A DNA stretch of 64,000 bases from Candidatus Xenobia bacterium (GTDB lineage: Bacteria; Vulcanimicrobiota; Xenobia; Xenobiales; QWHO01): assembly GCA_045863235.1 (NCBI GenBank), contig BTUM01000009.1, forward strand, positions 32,001 to 96,000, read 5' to 3'. A model generated the notes under the pieces. It was given only the letters and a program-made list of their open reading frames with translations. It searched no databases and was not told the DNA's origin. Below are positions 49,261-62,830 of the stretch, in pieces; position 1 is the first letter of the stretch; each line of letters begins with the position of its first letter. Position numbers and translations under genes: made by a program.

Positions 49261-49836
49261 TTACCCGAGCAGATCGCGGACCTGGAAGCTTCCGCTCAAG
49301 CGGGAAGGGACCACCTGCTGGCTCGCCTGGTAGACCCGGCGGGAGCGGTAGGCGTGGCCAAAGGGTGCCTCCGGGTCGGGGCCCGGGTCGAGGTGAACCT
49401 CCAGGCACTGCTGGGCGAGATTCAGAACCCAGTATTCGGGAATGCCCGCCTTGGCGTAGACGCTGGCCTTCTCGGTGCGGTCGTAGCGCAGAGAGGTATC
49501 GGCCAGCTCCAGCACCAGGTCAGCGTTCTGGGGGTGGCGAGCGGCCTCTTCCACCCAGGCGATCGGCACCACGGCAAAATCGGGCTCGGGCTCGCTGGCC
49601 GGGGGAAGGCTGAGGGGTAGCTGCACGCGTACGTCGTGGGTGTCGCCGTAAGCTCGAACCAGCAGCGTGTTGATCCGTCCCGTTCGGGAAGCGTGAGGCT
49701 TGTTCTGGGGGCTCAACGGGACGATCTCTCCTTCGATCAGCTCGACGCGCTCGCCAGGGGCGAAGATGCCCATGTCAGCCATCCGGTAGTATTCGTCCGG
49801 GGTAAACTTTCGGGTGGCCACGGTGCTCAGGCTCAT
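49261..49836 (-). CDS. Uma2 family endonuclease-fold protein
   Basis: RVELIEGEI, SEPEPDFAVV, LVLELADTSLRYDR.EK..YAKAGIPEYWV. Confidence 0.92.
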   Translation of the reverse strand: MSLSTVATRKFTPDEYYRMADMGIFAPGERVELIEGEIVPLSPQNKPHASRTGRINTLLVRAYGDTHDVRVQLPLSLPPASEPEPDFAVVPIAWVEEAARHPQNADLVLELADTSLRYDRTEKASVYAKAGIPEYWVLNLAQQCLEVHLDPGPDPEAPFGHAYRSRRVYQASQQVVPSRLSGSFQVRDLLG

Positions 49837-49994
49837 ACGCAAAGAATACGACTTTAGCCGGACCGCTGCAAGTTGCGGCCCGGCGGCTCTAATGCAACTC
49901 TAACACTTCTCCTAGCATTCTCTAACGGGCCCTCGGCTAACCTGGCACCGATCCCGTTTACGTTTCTTATTTTATTATGGAGGTTGGAGCTCAC

Positions 49995-50300
49995 ATGGCT
50001 ACCAAGACCAAACTGAACCTGCGCCCGCTTGGCGAGCGCGTCATCGTCCAGGCAGTGCCCCAGGAAGAGAAGACCGCCGGGGGCGTGATTCTTCCGGATA
50101 CCGCCAAGGAAAAGCCCCAGCAGGGCAAAGTGATCGCCGTCGGCAAGGGCATCACCAACGACAAGGGCGTGGTGACCCCCCTGACCGTGAAAGAGGGCGA
50201 CCGCGTGCTGTATGGCAAGTGGACCGGCACCGAGGTCAAGATCGATGGGGAAGACTACCTCATCATCAAGGAGAGCGAGATTTTCGCCATCCTTTCCTGA
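49995..50300 (+). CDS. groES: Co-chaperonin GroES
   Basis: LRPLGERV...[24 protein letters not shown]. Confidence 0.98.
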   Translation: MATKTKLNLRPLGERVIVQAVPQEEKTAGGVILPDTAKEKPQQGKVIAVGKGITNDKGVVTPLTVKEGDRVLYGKWTGTEVKIDGEDYLIIKESEIFAILS

Positions 50301-50307
50301 TCCCTGA

Positions 50308-51957
<1,650 letters not shown>

Positions 51958-52005
51958 TCTCGCGGGCAGAGTGATGCAGAAGTTCTGCGTCACCGTGCCA
52001 TCAAC

Positions 52006-52040
52006 AGAAGGGCCGGTCCTCGCGGACCGGCCCTTTCTTC
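52006..52040 (+). terminator. Intrinsic terminator after groEL (possibly bidirectional)
   Basis: AAGGGCCGGTCC-TCGC-GGACCGGCCCTT followed by TCTT. Confidence 0.8.
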
Positions 52041-52776
52041 ATGGGTGCGCCCGCAACCAGAGGTGCAGCCAGCGCAGGTAGATCCAGCCCGGGTCGGTGC
52101 GGCGAGCCTCGGGGGGATAACCATTGGGCCATTTCTTGTCGGCCAGGTCGAGAAAGTCGGCCACCACCGGCCGTCCCAGCGACACATCGTTGTGACCGTA
52201 AACCTGGTGGGCGGGGATGGAGAACCGGCGCATCAGCCAGCGCACCAGGCAGAACGAGGCGTAGAGTTGGCGGGGGCGACTGAGCAGATCATCCTGGTTG
52301 AGGGCCACCATCTCCACCGAAAGGGCCTTGTGGTTGACCCCATAGGCCCCCGTACAGCGAAAGTCCAGCGGCAAGAGTTGGTAGACCGTGCCGTCCCTGT
52401 CCACCATCAGGTGAACGCTGGGGTGGCCAAAGCTGACCCCGGTCCCGTTCCACATGCCGCCTCCGCGCACGAACCCGTTATAGACCCCGGTGGCCGAAGA
52501 GGTGACCGTGAAGTGCATGCAGATGGCGCTGGGACGAAAACGGACTCGTGCATCCCCGTAGTGACGCAGGAAATACTCGCTGTATTCGGCCTCCCACTCT
52601 TCGTAGGGGAGAAACCAGGGCTCCAGGACCGGCGCTCGGTATGGCTTGTTTAGAAGACTCCGGGGGATGGGATGGGCCAGGTCGATGGCCCCGTTCATGG
52701 CCATCCGCCGCAGAGCCAGAACATCGTCGACATCGGGCCGGGAGCTGAGCGCCCAGAGCAAGAGAAGCCAGATCAC
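52039..52776 (-). CDS. N-acetylmuramoyl-L-alanine amidase (Amidase_2-like)
   Basis: ICMHFT, SVHLMVDRDGTVYQL, ALSVE, VYGHND, TDPG; hydrophobic N-terminus. Confidence 0.85.
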   Translation of the reverse strand: MIWLLLLWALSSRPDVDDVLALRRMAMNGAIDLAHPIPRSLLNKPYRAPVLEPWFLPYEEWEAEYSEYFLRHYGDARVRFRPSAICMHFTVTSSATGVYNGFVRGGGMWNGTGVSFGHPSVHLMVDRDGTVYQLLPLDFRCTGAYGVNHKALSVEMVALNQDDLLSRPRQLYASFCLVRWLMRRFSIPAHQVYGHNDVSLGRPVVADFLDLADKKWPNGYPPEARRTDPGWIYLRWLHLWLRAHP

Positions 52777-52861
52777 CGGGAGTGATTCGCAGCCCCGCAG
52801 GAAAGCCCTTGCCACGAGCGAATGCCCCGCCCTACCTGCATTCAATCCGAAGGAGCGAGCT

Positions 52862-53398
52862 GTGTCCAATCCGCACCTGACCGACTACAACGAATCCGAG
52901 CGCACCGAGTACATGATGGTGGTGGCCTCTATGGCCGGAGCCGATGGCGACGTGACCACCGAGGAGATCTACGCCATTCGGGCCCTCAGCCTGCACTTCG
53001 TGCTCGGTCCCGAAGCGCGCGGACAGGTGATGGCCTCCTGCACCGCCACTCCCGAGGAGATGGAGCAAGTCATCAAGCGCTTCGCCGAGAGCCGCCTCAA
53101 GTTCAGCCTGCTGCTCGACCTGGCCAACATGGCCTGGGCCGATGGCGCCCTGAAGGAGCCGGAGGAGGCCGAAATCCATCGCCTGGGCGGCCTGATGCAG
53201 GTCGAGCCCAAACAGATCAAAGCGGTGCTGAGTTTCGCCGAGACCCTGAGCAAGAACCCCACCCAGGAGCAGGTCGAGCAGGCGCTCAAATCGGTCGAGG
53301 CGGCCGGGGTGGACCGCAATGCACTGGCCCTCTCGGCCACCCTGTACGCCCAGCAAAGCAAGTACGCAGCCGTAAGCGCTTTGTTCTCGCTCAGTTAA
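52862..53398 (+). CDS. TerB-like protein
   Basis: AGGAG RBS; MAGADGDVTTEE and MAWADGALKEPE. Confidence 0.8.
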   Translation: MSNPHLTDYNESERTEYMMVVASMAGADGDVTTEEIYAIRALSLHFVLGPEARGQVMASCTATPEEMEQVIKRFAESRLKFSLLLDLANMAWADGALKEPEEAEIHRLGGLMQVEPKQIKAVLSFAETLSKNPTQEQVEQALKSVEAAGVDRNALALSATLYAQQSKYAAVSALFSLS

Positions 53399-53401
53399 GG
53401 C

Positions 53402-54613
<1,212 letters not shown>

Positions 54614-54623
54614 TCTGCAGCCG

Positions 54624-56153
54624 ATGAGGCTTGTCCTTCGAGCTCTAACCCTCTATCTGCTCATCGGTCTGAGTGCTCTGGCCCTGGCCCAGCCCCCCAC
54701 TCCCACGCCGCTGGCCACGCCGGAAGGGGATCCGGTGCCGACCCCGGTCGATGCGGGCTCGCTTCGAGCCGCCAAGGAGGTTCCTCCCCAGTCCGTGGTC
54801 AAGCTCGACGGCCTGCCGGTGCTTACCGTAGGACCCACCGAGAGCCTGGATGCGCCCACCCGTGCCAGAGAGCTGCAGGCCGAGTTGCAGGAGCTGATCG
54901 ACGCCGATTTTCCTGGCGAGCCCAGCATCAAGGTCCAGCGCAACGAAGACCTGTCCGAGGTGGTCGTGCAGGGGAAGGTCCGCATCCCGATTCTCGACAG
55001 CGACCTGGTGGCCAATGGACAGACCCGAGAGCAACTTGGCCAGACCTGGCTGAAGGCCCTCAGGGCCTCCTTTAAGCTGGCGGCCGCCGAACGGGCCGAA
55101 GGGCACCTGCTCTGGCTGCTCCAGTGGCTGGCGGTGGCCGCTCTGCTCGCCGTGGGGTTGGACCTGGCCAGCGTCTGGGCCTTCCGGCGCTTCCTCCGGC
55201 TTCCCGGCTGGAGCCCTCGGTTCGTCATCTGGACTTCCTTCCTGGCTCTGGCCCTGACCAGCTTCCCCAGCACCCGGCCGGCCGGCCTCTGGGTGACGAG
55301 CAAGGTGGTCTATCCCCTCGTGTGGCTTGCCCTGGTCATCTTGCTGACCTACCTCGCGCTGGGCGTGGGGCGCCGGACCCTGCGCTACTACTTCGCGGCC
55401 ATGGAGCGTTACAACGAGAGCAATCCTGCCTCAGGGCCGCGCTGGCGTCAGCAACTGATGATGTATCACCAGTTGGCACGAATTGCCGTGGGGCTCATCG
55501 TCATTCTGGCCGCCGTCTTGATCTATTTCGGGGCGCTGGGGGTGGATCTCTGGGCCATCGTGACCGGGGCAGGTTTCGTCACGGCTGCCATCGGACTGGC
55601 CGCCCAGGACATGCTCAAGGACTGGGTCGCCGGGATCAACATCGTGCTGGAGGACCAGTTTGGAGTCGGGGATCTGATCCGCATCCAGGGGGCCGAGGGC
55701 CGGGTGGAGGCCTTCACGATGCGCGTAACCCGCATCCGCGACGTGGAGGGGAGCCTGATCACGATCCCGAACTCGACCTTGCGGATGGTGAGCAACCTGT
55801 CCAACACGTGGTCTCAGGTGGACCTGAAGATCCCCGTGAGCTACAACGCCGACATCCGCCGAACGCTCGAAGTGGTCGAGCAAGAGGCGCAGAAGCTTCT
55901 GGCCGACTGGCCGGACAAGGTGGCTGAGCCGCCCGAGGTGCTCGGGCTCGATCAACTGGGCGAGTCGTCCTTGGTGGTGCGAATGATGGTGCGGACCTTT
56001 CCGCTGATGCAGTTCCCGGTTCGTCGCGAGCTGCTCTTGCGGATCAAGGAGCGCTTTGACAGAGAAGGCATAGAGATTCCCTATCCGCAGCGGGTGGTCT
56101 GGCTGCGCCAGATGACCACCGGAGACGAGGAGTCAGGGGGCGAGGGAGGCTAG
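54624..56153 (+). CDS. Mechanosensitive channel MscS family protein
   Basis: IGLAAQDMLKD..AG..LEDQFGVGD, TIPNS, FDREGIEIPYPQR. Confidence 0.92.
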   Translation: MRLVLRALTLYLLIGLSALALAQPPTPTPLATPEGDPVPTPVDAGSLRAAKEVPPQSVVKLDGLPVLTVGPTESLDAPTRARELQAELQELIDADFPGEPSIKVQRNEDLSEVVVQGKVRIPILDSDLVANGQTREQLGQTWLKALRASFKLAAAERAEGHLLWLLQWLAVAALLAVGLDLASVWAFRRFLRLPGWSPRFVIWTSFLALALTSFPSTRPAGLWVTSKVVYPLVWLALVILLTYLALGVGRRTLRYYFAAMERYNESNPASGPRWRQQLMMYHQLARIAVGLIVILAAVLIYFGALGVDLWAIVTGAGFVTAAIGLAAQDMLKDWVAGINIVLEDQFGVGDLIRIQGAEGRVEAFTMRVTRIRDVEGSLITIPNSTLRMVSNLSNTWSQVDLKIPVSYNADIRRTLEVVEQEAQKLLADWPDKVAEPPEVLGLDQLGESSLVVRMMVRTFPLMQFPVRRELLLRIKERFDREGIEIPYPQRVVWLRQMTTGDEESGGEGG

Positions 56154-56158
56154 ATAGC

Positions 56159-57760
56159 GTGTTCAAGAAGATCATGGGCATGTTCGGGGGGTCGAAAGGC
56201 CCTGCCGTCAGCGAGGGGGGCGAAGTCTCCAAGTGGGCCTCCTACGGGGAGGCGGAATGGAAAGACCTCTTCGCGGGCCTGGTGCAGGCGGGCGACCTGG
56301 AGGAGGTCTACAAGCACATCCTCCTCTGCCCGCTCCACTGGTCGGTGGGCTTGCTGGGCTTTCTGCAACAGTCCAGCTTCCAGCCAGCCGATCCGGGTGA
56401 TCAGGCCACCTACTCCAAGTTGTGCAGTTTGAGCCCGGCTCCCGACTGGCCCTTGATGATCCCCCAGCCGGTCCAGGTGGGCAGCCTTTCCCATCGGGGC
56501 AAAGGCGTGAGCCTGATCTTCTCGACCGACGGGCAGAACCTGGTGACCATCGACGCAGGCGGAGACATCAACGTCTGGCACGCCCCCGACGAGCGCACCC
56601 TGCAGCGCATTCAGCCCACCGCGCCGGTGCCGGTGGAGTCACGCACCGTTTCCCCTGACTTCAAGTTCTGCACGACCAGCTCGCAGGACGCCATCCGCGT
56701 CTGGAACCTGCACACCGGCGATCTGGTCTCCAAATTCCGCTGGGAGTGGAGCGAAGGCACTTCCCCGGCCATCCTCAGCTCGCCGGCCGACTCGGTGATC
56801 GCCTGTTGGTTCTCGGATGACAAGATCCGGCTGATTGAGCCTTTGTCGGGCGAGATCCGCCACACCCTGACCGGTCATGATGACCTGGTGACCAGTTGTG
56901 CCTTCACAGCCGACGGCAAGCTCTTGATCTCGGGCGGCAAGGATGCCTCGGTGCGGATCTGGGACGTGGAGACCGGGCAGATGCTGCACTTCCTCGAGCG
57001 CCGCACGGGCGGCGAGGCAGTCACCCACGTCTCCCTCTCGCTGGACGGCAATTTCCTGCTGGTGAAGCGCGAGAACTCCCCCCTGCAGATCTTCGACCCC
57101 CCCACCCGTCGCCAGGTTTGCGAGGTTCGTATGGGCAAGGGCGTGGATATGGCCACCCCGGTCTACTCACCCACCCACGACACGGTTGCACTCGTCCTGC
57201 TGAAGGCTCAAGAGGACAAGGAGTCCCAGATGCGCGTCGCCATCTATGAAATGGCCACCGGACGCCAGATCCGCGACCTGCCTCCGACCTACCTCAATTT
57301 CCCCTCCCCGGTCTATTCCGCTGACGGGGAGTTCCTGGCCGCCACCGGTGCCGACCATGCTGTCCTCTGGCCAGTCAAAGGAAACGGGCAGGACGCAATC
57401 TGTAAGAGAGAGGCATGGACCCTGGCCTTTGCCCCCAACGGCCAGATCATGGCTGCGGGAGAGCGGGACAAGCGCATTCGCCTGTTCAGCATGCCCGAGA
57501 CGCGGGAGGTAGCCGATCTCGGCTCGTGGCAGCAGTGCCGCTACCTCTCCTTCTCGCCCGACTCGGGCATCCTGGCTGCGGTGGGAGATGACCGCTCGGT
57601 CCGGGTTTTCCGGGTGGCGCTCACCCAGCCGATGGCTCTGATGGGCAAGCGCGAGATCGACCTGGCCAAGAAATACTCCACCACGGTGGAGGGAGAGCCC
57701 GGCAAAGCCTGGAGCTACCTGGGAGAAGTTCTGGCCGCCCGCACCCGCAAGCCAGCCTGA
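56159..57760 (+). CDS. WD40 repeat protein
   Basis: LTGHDDLVTSCAFTADGKLLISGGKDASVRIWD and related repeats. Confidence 0.9.
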   Translation: MFKKIMGMFGGSKGPAVSEGGEVSKWASYGEAEWKDLFAGLVQAGDLEEVYKHILLCPLHWSVGLLGFLQQSSFQPADPGDQATYSKLCSLSPAPDWPLMIPQPVQVGSLSHRGKGVSLIFSTDGQNLVTIDAGGDINVWHAPDERTLQRIQPTAPVPVESRTVSPDFKFCTTSSQDAIRVWNLHTGDLVSKFRWEWSEGTSPAILSSPADSVIACWFSDDKIRLIEPLSGEIRHTLTGHDDLVTSCAFTADGKLLISGGKDASVRIWDVETGQMLHFLERRTGGEAVTHVSLSLDGNFLLVKRENSPLQIFDPPTRRQVCEVRMGKGVDMATPVYSPTHDTVALVLLKAQEDKESQMRVAIYEMATGRQIRDLPPTYLNFPSPVYSADGEFLAATGADHAVLWPVKGNGQDAICKREAWTLAFAPNGQIMAAGERDKRIRLFSMPETREVADLGSWQQCRYLSFSPDSGILAAVGDDRSVRVFRVALTQPMALMGKREIDLAKKYSTTVEGEPGKAWSYLGEVLAARTRKPA

Positions 57761-57761
57761 G

Positions 57762-58904
57762 TTGATCCCCCGGCATCGCTTCGACCTTCGGGCTGAGGAT
57801 TTAGGCGAAGCGATCCGACTCTCTCTGTCATGGCGCCAGACCGGGGCGCGGGTCGAGAGACAGTGGGCACCGGGAACGATAGCCTGCCTCTCGGTCCGCA
57901 GCGGCTTTGACCTGCTGCTCTCGGCCCTGGCCCTGCCCCGTGGCTCGCAGGTGCTGGTCTCGGCGGTGACCATCCCGGACATGATCGGTCTGCTCGAGAG
58001 CCACGGCCTGGTGCCCATCCCTGTGGACCTCGACCCCGAGACCCTGGAGCTCTGTCCGCGCTCCCTGGCGGCCGCCCGGACCCATGAAACCAGGGCAATC
58101 CTCGTGGCCCATCTCTTTGGCAGCCGCATCTCCCTCGAGCCCGCCCTGTCGCTGGGCCTCCCGGTCTGGGAAGACTGCGCTCAGGCCTTCTGTGGTCCGA
58201 GCTTCACGGGTCATCCCGCCGCTCAGGTCAGCATGTTCAGCTTTGGCCTGATCAAGACCTCGACCGCGCTGGGCGGGGCCCTGATGGTGGTGCGGGATGA
58301 CAGGCTCGAGGCAGGCATGCGAGCGATCGAATCGCGCTGGCCAGCCCAGCCCGATCGGGAGTTGGGGCGGCGGGCCTTGAAGGTCCTGGCCCTGCAGCTC
58401 CTGGGCCAACCCGTTTGCCTGGATGGTTTCGTCGCCCTGTGCAGGCTCCTGGGCCTGGACTATGACCGGGTGCTGCGCCAGAGTACCCGCAGCTTTCCCG
58501 CCAACCGCCTGCTCGAGTCCATCCGTCGCCGCCCCAGCCCGGCCCTGCTCGAGTTCCTGGCCCGTCGACTGGCCGCCTACGACCCCACCCGACTCGAGTC
58601 CCGACGCCGCTTCCGAGCCGCCTTTCTGGCGAGCCTGCCGCCCAGAGTCTGCTGGCCAGGGCGGGGGGCGAACGTGCACCATCACTGGGTGGTGCCGGTT
58701 CTGGCCCGCGAGCGGCTCACGACCCTTCGCCAGGCAGGCTTTGACGCCACGCAGGGCAGCAGTCTCGTGGTCGTCCCCTCGCGCGAAGGCGCCCAACCGG
58801 CCCACCAGGCCCATCGGATGCTGGCCGAGACCATCTACCTTCCCCTGCATCCCGACCTCAGCCCCACCCAGCTCAGCCGCCTGCGCCAGTCCCTGCTCGC
58901 GTAG
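57762..58904 (+). CDS. DegT/DnrJ/EryC1/StrS family PLP enzyme
   Basis: VAHLFG, EDCAQAF, FSFGLIK, LPLHP. Confidence 0.85.
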   Translation: MIPRHRFDLRAEDLGEAIRLSLSWRQTGARVERQWAPGTIACLSVRSGFDLLLSALALPRGSQVLVSAVTIPDMIGLLESHGLVPIPVDLDPETLELCPRSLAAARTHETRAILVAHLFGSRISLEPALSLGLPVWEDCAQAFCGPSFTGHPAAQVSMFSFGLIKTSTALGGALMVVRDDRLEAGMRAIESRWPAQPDRELGRRALKVLALQLLGQPVCLDGFVALCRLLGLDYDRVLRQSTRSFPANRLLESIRRRPSPALLEFLARRLAAYDPTRLESRRRFRAAFLASLPPRVCWPGRGANVHHHWVVPVLARERLTTLRQAGFDATQGSSLVVVPSREGAQPAHQAHRMLAETIYLPLHPDLSPTQLSRLRQSLLA

Positions 58905-58950
58905 GCAAGGGAGCCGTTGGGACGCTTTGAGACGCTGGTCTGCGGCCGTT

Positions 58951-59583
58951 TCAACGCTCCTCAAAGCGCGCCCGAAACGCGTCCTCGAGACGCTGCTCCA
59001 CTTCCTCCATCGGAGGAGTGCGGGCCAGTTCCCTGGCCAGCGAGGTGACGCCAGCGTTGCGAATCCCGCAGGGAACGATCAGCTCGAAGCCGGAAAGCTC
59101 CGGACCGACGTTCAGGGCCAGGCCGTGCGAGGTGACCCAGCGGCTGACCCGCACGCCCAGGGCACAGATCTTCTGGCCCCGCACCCAGATGCCGGTGCGG
59201 CCGCTTACCCGCTCGCCGGTCAGCTCGTAGGTGGCCAGGAGGTCGAGCACGACTTGCTCGAGGTCGCGCAGGTAGCGATGCAAGTCGGCCCGGTCCCCGG
59301 CGGCCAGGTCGAAGATGGCGTAGCCGACCAGTTGCTGCGGACCGTGATAGGTCAGCTGGCCACCCCGGTTGGTGACATGCAGCTCCACTCCCCGGCGATC
59401 GAGCTCCTCACGGGACACGAGCAAGTCCTCGAGTTGCCCCTGGGAGCCTACCGTAATGGTGGGCGTATGGCGCAACAAGAGCAGGGTGTCGCAAATCAGG
59501 CCCTGCTTACGTTGCTCGACCAGTTGCGACTGCAACTGCTGACCGGCCTCATAGCCGATCAGCCCGAGACGACGGACGGTCAC
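58951..59583 (-). CDS. lipB: Lipoyl(octanoyl) transferase
   Basis: RGGQLTYHGPQQLVGY, KICALG, HGLALNV, IVPCG. Confidence 0.95.
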   Translation of the reverse strand: MTVRRLGLIGYEAGQQLQSQLVEQRKQGLICDTLLLLRHTPTITVGSQGQLEDLLVSREELDRRGVELHVTNRGGQLTYHGPQQLVGYAIFDLAAGDRADLHRYLRDLEQVVLDLLATYELTGERVSGRTGIWVRGQKICALGVRVSRWVTSHGLALNVGPELSGFELIVPCGIRNAGVTSLARELARTPPMEEVEQRLEDAFRARFEER

Positions 59584-60863
59584 ATCGCTGACTCGGGGAA
59601 CTCCTGAAGCGTGGCCTTGACCCGGCCCATGAAGCGGTCGGCCGTGGCTCCGTCGATGATTCTATGGTCGAAGCTGAGCGCCATGTACACCATATGGCGG
59701 ATGGCGATGGCGTCCTCCTCGGTGACCACGGGCCGCTTCGTGATCGCCCCCATGCCCAGAATCGCCACCTGAGGCTGGTTGATGACAGGGGTTCCCACCA
59801 GGCTCCCGTAGATGCCCGGGTTGGTGATGGTGAAGGTTCCCCCCTGCACCTCCTCGGGAGCCAGCTTCTTGGTGCGAGCCCGCTCAGCCAGGTCAGCCAG
59901 GGAGCGGGTCAAACCGAGCAAAGACTTCTCCTCGGCCCGGTGCACCACCGGCACGATCAGCCCCCAATCCAGCGCCACAGCCATACCCAGGTTGACGTTG
60001 GAGTGGTAGTAGACCTTCTTGTCCACCACCGAGCTGTTCAGGATGGGGAACTCGTTGAGGGCCTCCACCACGGCCTTCATGACGAAGGGCGTGTAGGTCA
60101 GTTTGACCCCCTTGCTCTCGTAAGCCGTCTTGTGCTTGGAGCGCAGCCGTGCCACCCGGGTCATATCCACTTCGAAGAAGGTACACACGTGAGCTGAGAT
60201 CGCCTGGCTCATCACCATGTGCTCGGCGATCTTCTCGCGCATGGGCGAGAACGGCTCCGAGCGCTGGCCCGGCAGGGGGGTGTGCAGGAAGCGGGCGGGC
60301 ACCGCCTGGACGGCGGCCGCCGCCGCGGGGGCAACCTCGGGCTTGCTCTCGAGGAAGGCCAGGATGTCCTGCTTGGTGACCCGTCCCGAGACTCCGCTGC
60401 CCGGCCCCACCCGGGCCAGATCGACCCCGTGCTCAGCGGCGATCTTGCGCACCAGCGGCGAGGAGCGCACGCGACGCAGCTCCTCGACCGATGGAATCCC
60501 CGAGTTGCCGCCCGACCTTGCGCCCACCAGCTCGCGAACGGGAGCTGGAGCGACGGGGGCGGCGGCCACCACCGTCGCGACGGGAGCCGCCACCACCGCG
60601 GCCGGGGGCGTCGCGACTGGAGCCGCTCCGGTCGCGCCGATGCGCCCCACCGTCTTGCCGACCTCCACCGTGACCCCGGGGCCCGCCAGGATCTCGAGCA
60701 GCACGCCCTCGGCCGGAGACGGGATCTCCGCGTCCACTTTGTCGGTGGACATCTCGAAGAGGGGCTCGTCCTTCTTCACGAGCTGGCCCACCTCTTTGAA
60801 CCACTTGACGATGGTTCCCTCAGCGATGCTTTCGCCCATCTGGGGCATGATGACGTCGGTCAT
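59580..60863 (-). CDS. 2-oxoacid dehydrogenase E2 dihydrolipoamide acyltransferase
   Basis: Lipoyl STDKVDAE, SPLVRKIA, DHRIIDG. Confidence 0.95.
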   Translation of the reverse strand: MTDVIMPQMGESIAEGTIVKWFKEVGQLVKKDEPLFEMSTDKVDAEIPSPAEGVLLEILAGPGVTVEVGKTVGRIGATGAAPVATPPAAVVAAPVATVVAAAPVAPAPVRELVGARSGGNSGIPSVEELRRVRSSPLVRKIAAEHGVDLARVGPGSGVSGRVTKQDILAFLESKPEVAPAAAAAVQAVPARFLHTPLPGQRSEPFSPMREKIAEHMVMSQAISAHVCTFFEVDMTRVARLRSKHKTAYESKGVKLTYTPFVMKAVVEALNEFPILNSSVVDKKVYYHSNVNLGMAVALDWGLIVPVVHRAEEKSLLGLTRSLADLAERARTKKLAPEEVQGGTFTITNPGIYGSLVGTPVINQPQVAILGMGAITKRPVVTEEDAIAIRHMVYMALSFDHRIIDGATADRFMGRVKATLQEFPESAM

Positions 60864-60875
60864 AGAGCGTTCCTT

Positions 60876-61901
60876 TCAATATTGAAGAAGGTCCCGGGCG
60901 GCCCCGAGCAACTGCTCGACACCGGGCAACCAGGCCTTCTCCAGGGGTGGGCTGTAGGGCGTGGGAGAGTCGGGCGCGGCCACCCGCACGATCGGTCCGT
61001 CGAGGTACTCGAAGGCTTTCTCGGCGATGCGGGCCGAGAGCTCGGCGCCCGGTCCCAGGTTCTTGCACGTCTCGTGCAGCACGATCACTTTGTTGTTGCG
61101 GCGGACGCTGTCGAGCATGGTGTCCTCGTCTAACGGCACCAGCGTGCGCAGATCCACCACCTCGACCGAATGGCCATCTGCGCTCAAAGCTTCAGCCACC
61201 TCCAGGGCGGTGTGCACAGTTGCCCCGTAGGTGATGATGGTCAGATCGGTCCCGCGCCGGCGGACGGCGGCCTGGCCCAGGGGCACCAGGCCGTCCCCCG
61301 TGGGCATCTCGCCCCGAATCCGGCGATACAGGAACTTGTGCTCCAGGAACAACACGGGATCGGGATCGCGGATGGCAGCCTTGAGCAGGCCCCGAGCGTC
61401 CTCGGCGGTGGCCGGGAAGGCGATCTTGAGGCCCGGAGTAGGCATGAAATGGGCTTCCGGGCACTGCGAGTGGAAGGCGCTGCCGCTCACTCCGGCTCCG
61501 CACGGCCCGCGCACTACGATGCTCACCCCCTGACCCCAGCGATAGCGACAAAGGGCTGCGAAGTTGACCAGCTGGTTGTAGCCGCAGGCAATGAAGTCGA
61601 TGAACTGCATCTCCACCACCACTTTGAGGCCCAGCATGGATGCCCCGATGGCAGCCCCGATCATCCCCGACTCGGAGATGGGGGTGTCCTTCACGCGATT
61701 CTCCCCGAAATGCTCTTGCAGGCCCTGGGTGACCTTGAAGGCGCCGCCGAAGTGGCCGATATCCTGGCCGATCAGGTAGACGGTGGGGTCCTGCTGCATC
61801 TCTTCGAGCAAGGCCTGGCGGATGGCCTCGAGATACGTGGTGCCTCTGCCGGAGGCAGCCTCGGCCTGCCCCAGGTGGGGCTTCTCGGTGGTCAGGCTCA
61901 C
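60876..61901 (-). CDS. 2-oxoacid dehydrogenase E1 beta subunit
   Basis: DTPISESG, EMQFIDF, FLEHK, DLRTLVPLD. Confidence 0.95.
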   Translation of the reverse strand: MSLTTEKPHLGQAEAASGRGTTYLEAIRQALLEEMQQDPTVYLIGQDIGHFGGAFKVTQGLQEHFGENRVKDTPISESGMIGAAIGASMLGLKVVVEMQFIDFIACGYNQLVNFAALCRYRWGQGVSIVVRGPCGAGVSGSAFHSQCPEAHFMPTPGLKIAFPATAEDARGLLKAAIRDPDPVLFLEHKFLYRRIRGEMPTGDGLVPLGQAAVRRRGTDLTIITYGATVHTALEVAEALSADGHSVEVVDLRTLVPLDEDTMLDSVRRNNKVIVLHETCKNLGPGAELSARIAEKAFEYLDGPIVRVAAPDSPTPYSPPLEKAWLPGVEQLLGAARDLLQY

Positions 61902-62830
61902 GCGAAGACACCCCCGAAAGCAAAGCTGGGATCGGGCATGGGGCTCTCATCCGCCAGACGCGCCTCGGCCTCGACTTCGCGCTCGACCTCCTGGTCGATG
62001 GTCTCCAGTTGGGCCCGCTGATCGGCCAGGCGCTTGCGAAGACGGTCGAGCGGATCTTTGGCGCGCCACTCCTCAAACAGCGCCGGGGGCACGTAGCGGG
62101 CGTCGTCATGCTCGGCATGGCCGCGCATGCGCATGGTCTTGCACTCGAGAAAGAACGGCCCCTGGCCGCTGCGGGCGTGCTGCACGGCGCGGCGAGCGGC
62201 TTGGAATACCACCAGCACGTCGTTGCCATCCACGGTCTCGGCCGGAATGCCGTAGGCTCTGGCCCGGTCCGCGAGGTCGGTGATGGCCATCTGCTGGCTG
62301 GTCGGAGTGGAGTAGGCATACTGGTTGTGCTCGCCGACCACCACCAGGGGAAGCTTCCAGACCGCGGCGAGGTTCATGCCTTCGTGGAAGTCACCCGTCG
62401 AGGTGCCTCCGTCGCCGATGTAGGTCATCGCCACCAGGTTCTTGCCCTGCTCGCGGCCGGCCCAGGCGATACCGGCGCAGACCGGGATCATGGCTCCCAG
62501 CATCGAGATGGGGGCGATCACGCCCTTGCTCACGTCCCCGAAGTGAGTATTGCAATCACGCCCTCCCGTGGGGGAACCGGCTTTGGCCATGTACTGCATG
62601 AACAGGTCGCGCGGGCGATAGCCGCGCATCAGGAAGACTCCCGCATTGCGGATCAAAGGAGCCACTATGTCTTGCGCCTCGAGAGCCGCGGCCGTGCCCA
62701 CCGATATCGCCTCCTGGCCCAGGCTGCGGTAGACTCCGCCCACCACCTTGTTCTGGCGGTAGAAGCTCACGAGCCGCTCCTCCACGGCCCGATTGAGCGC
62801 CATCCAGCGGTACAGCTCGAGCTCGGTCAC
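61898..62830 (-). CDS. 2-oxoacid dehydrogenase E1 alpha subunit
   Basis: GQEAI, GDGGTSTGDFHEGMN TPP-binding motif, RMRGHAEHD; GTG start at 62830. Confidence 0.93.
   Translation of the reverse strand: MTELELYRWMALNRAVEERLVSFYRQNKVVGGVYRSLGQEAISVGTAAALEAQDIVAPLIRNAGVFLMRGYRPRDLFMQYMAKAGSPTGGRDCNTHFGDVSKGVIAPISMLGAMIPVCAGIAWAGREQGKNLVAMTYIGDGGTSTGDFHEGMNLAAVWKLPLVVVGEHNQYAYSTPTSQQMAITDLADRARAYGIPAETVDGNDVLVVFQAARRAVQHARSGQGPFFLECKTMRMRGHAEHDDARYVPPALFEEWRAKDPLDRLRKRLADQRAQLETIDQEVEREVEAEARLADESPMPDPSFAFGGVFA

Noticed and set aside
49912..49940. CIRCE element before groES
   Set aside because: Only one degenerate half-site; the spacing and right arm do not fit TTAGCACTC-N9-GAGTGCTAA.
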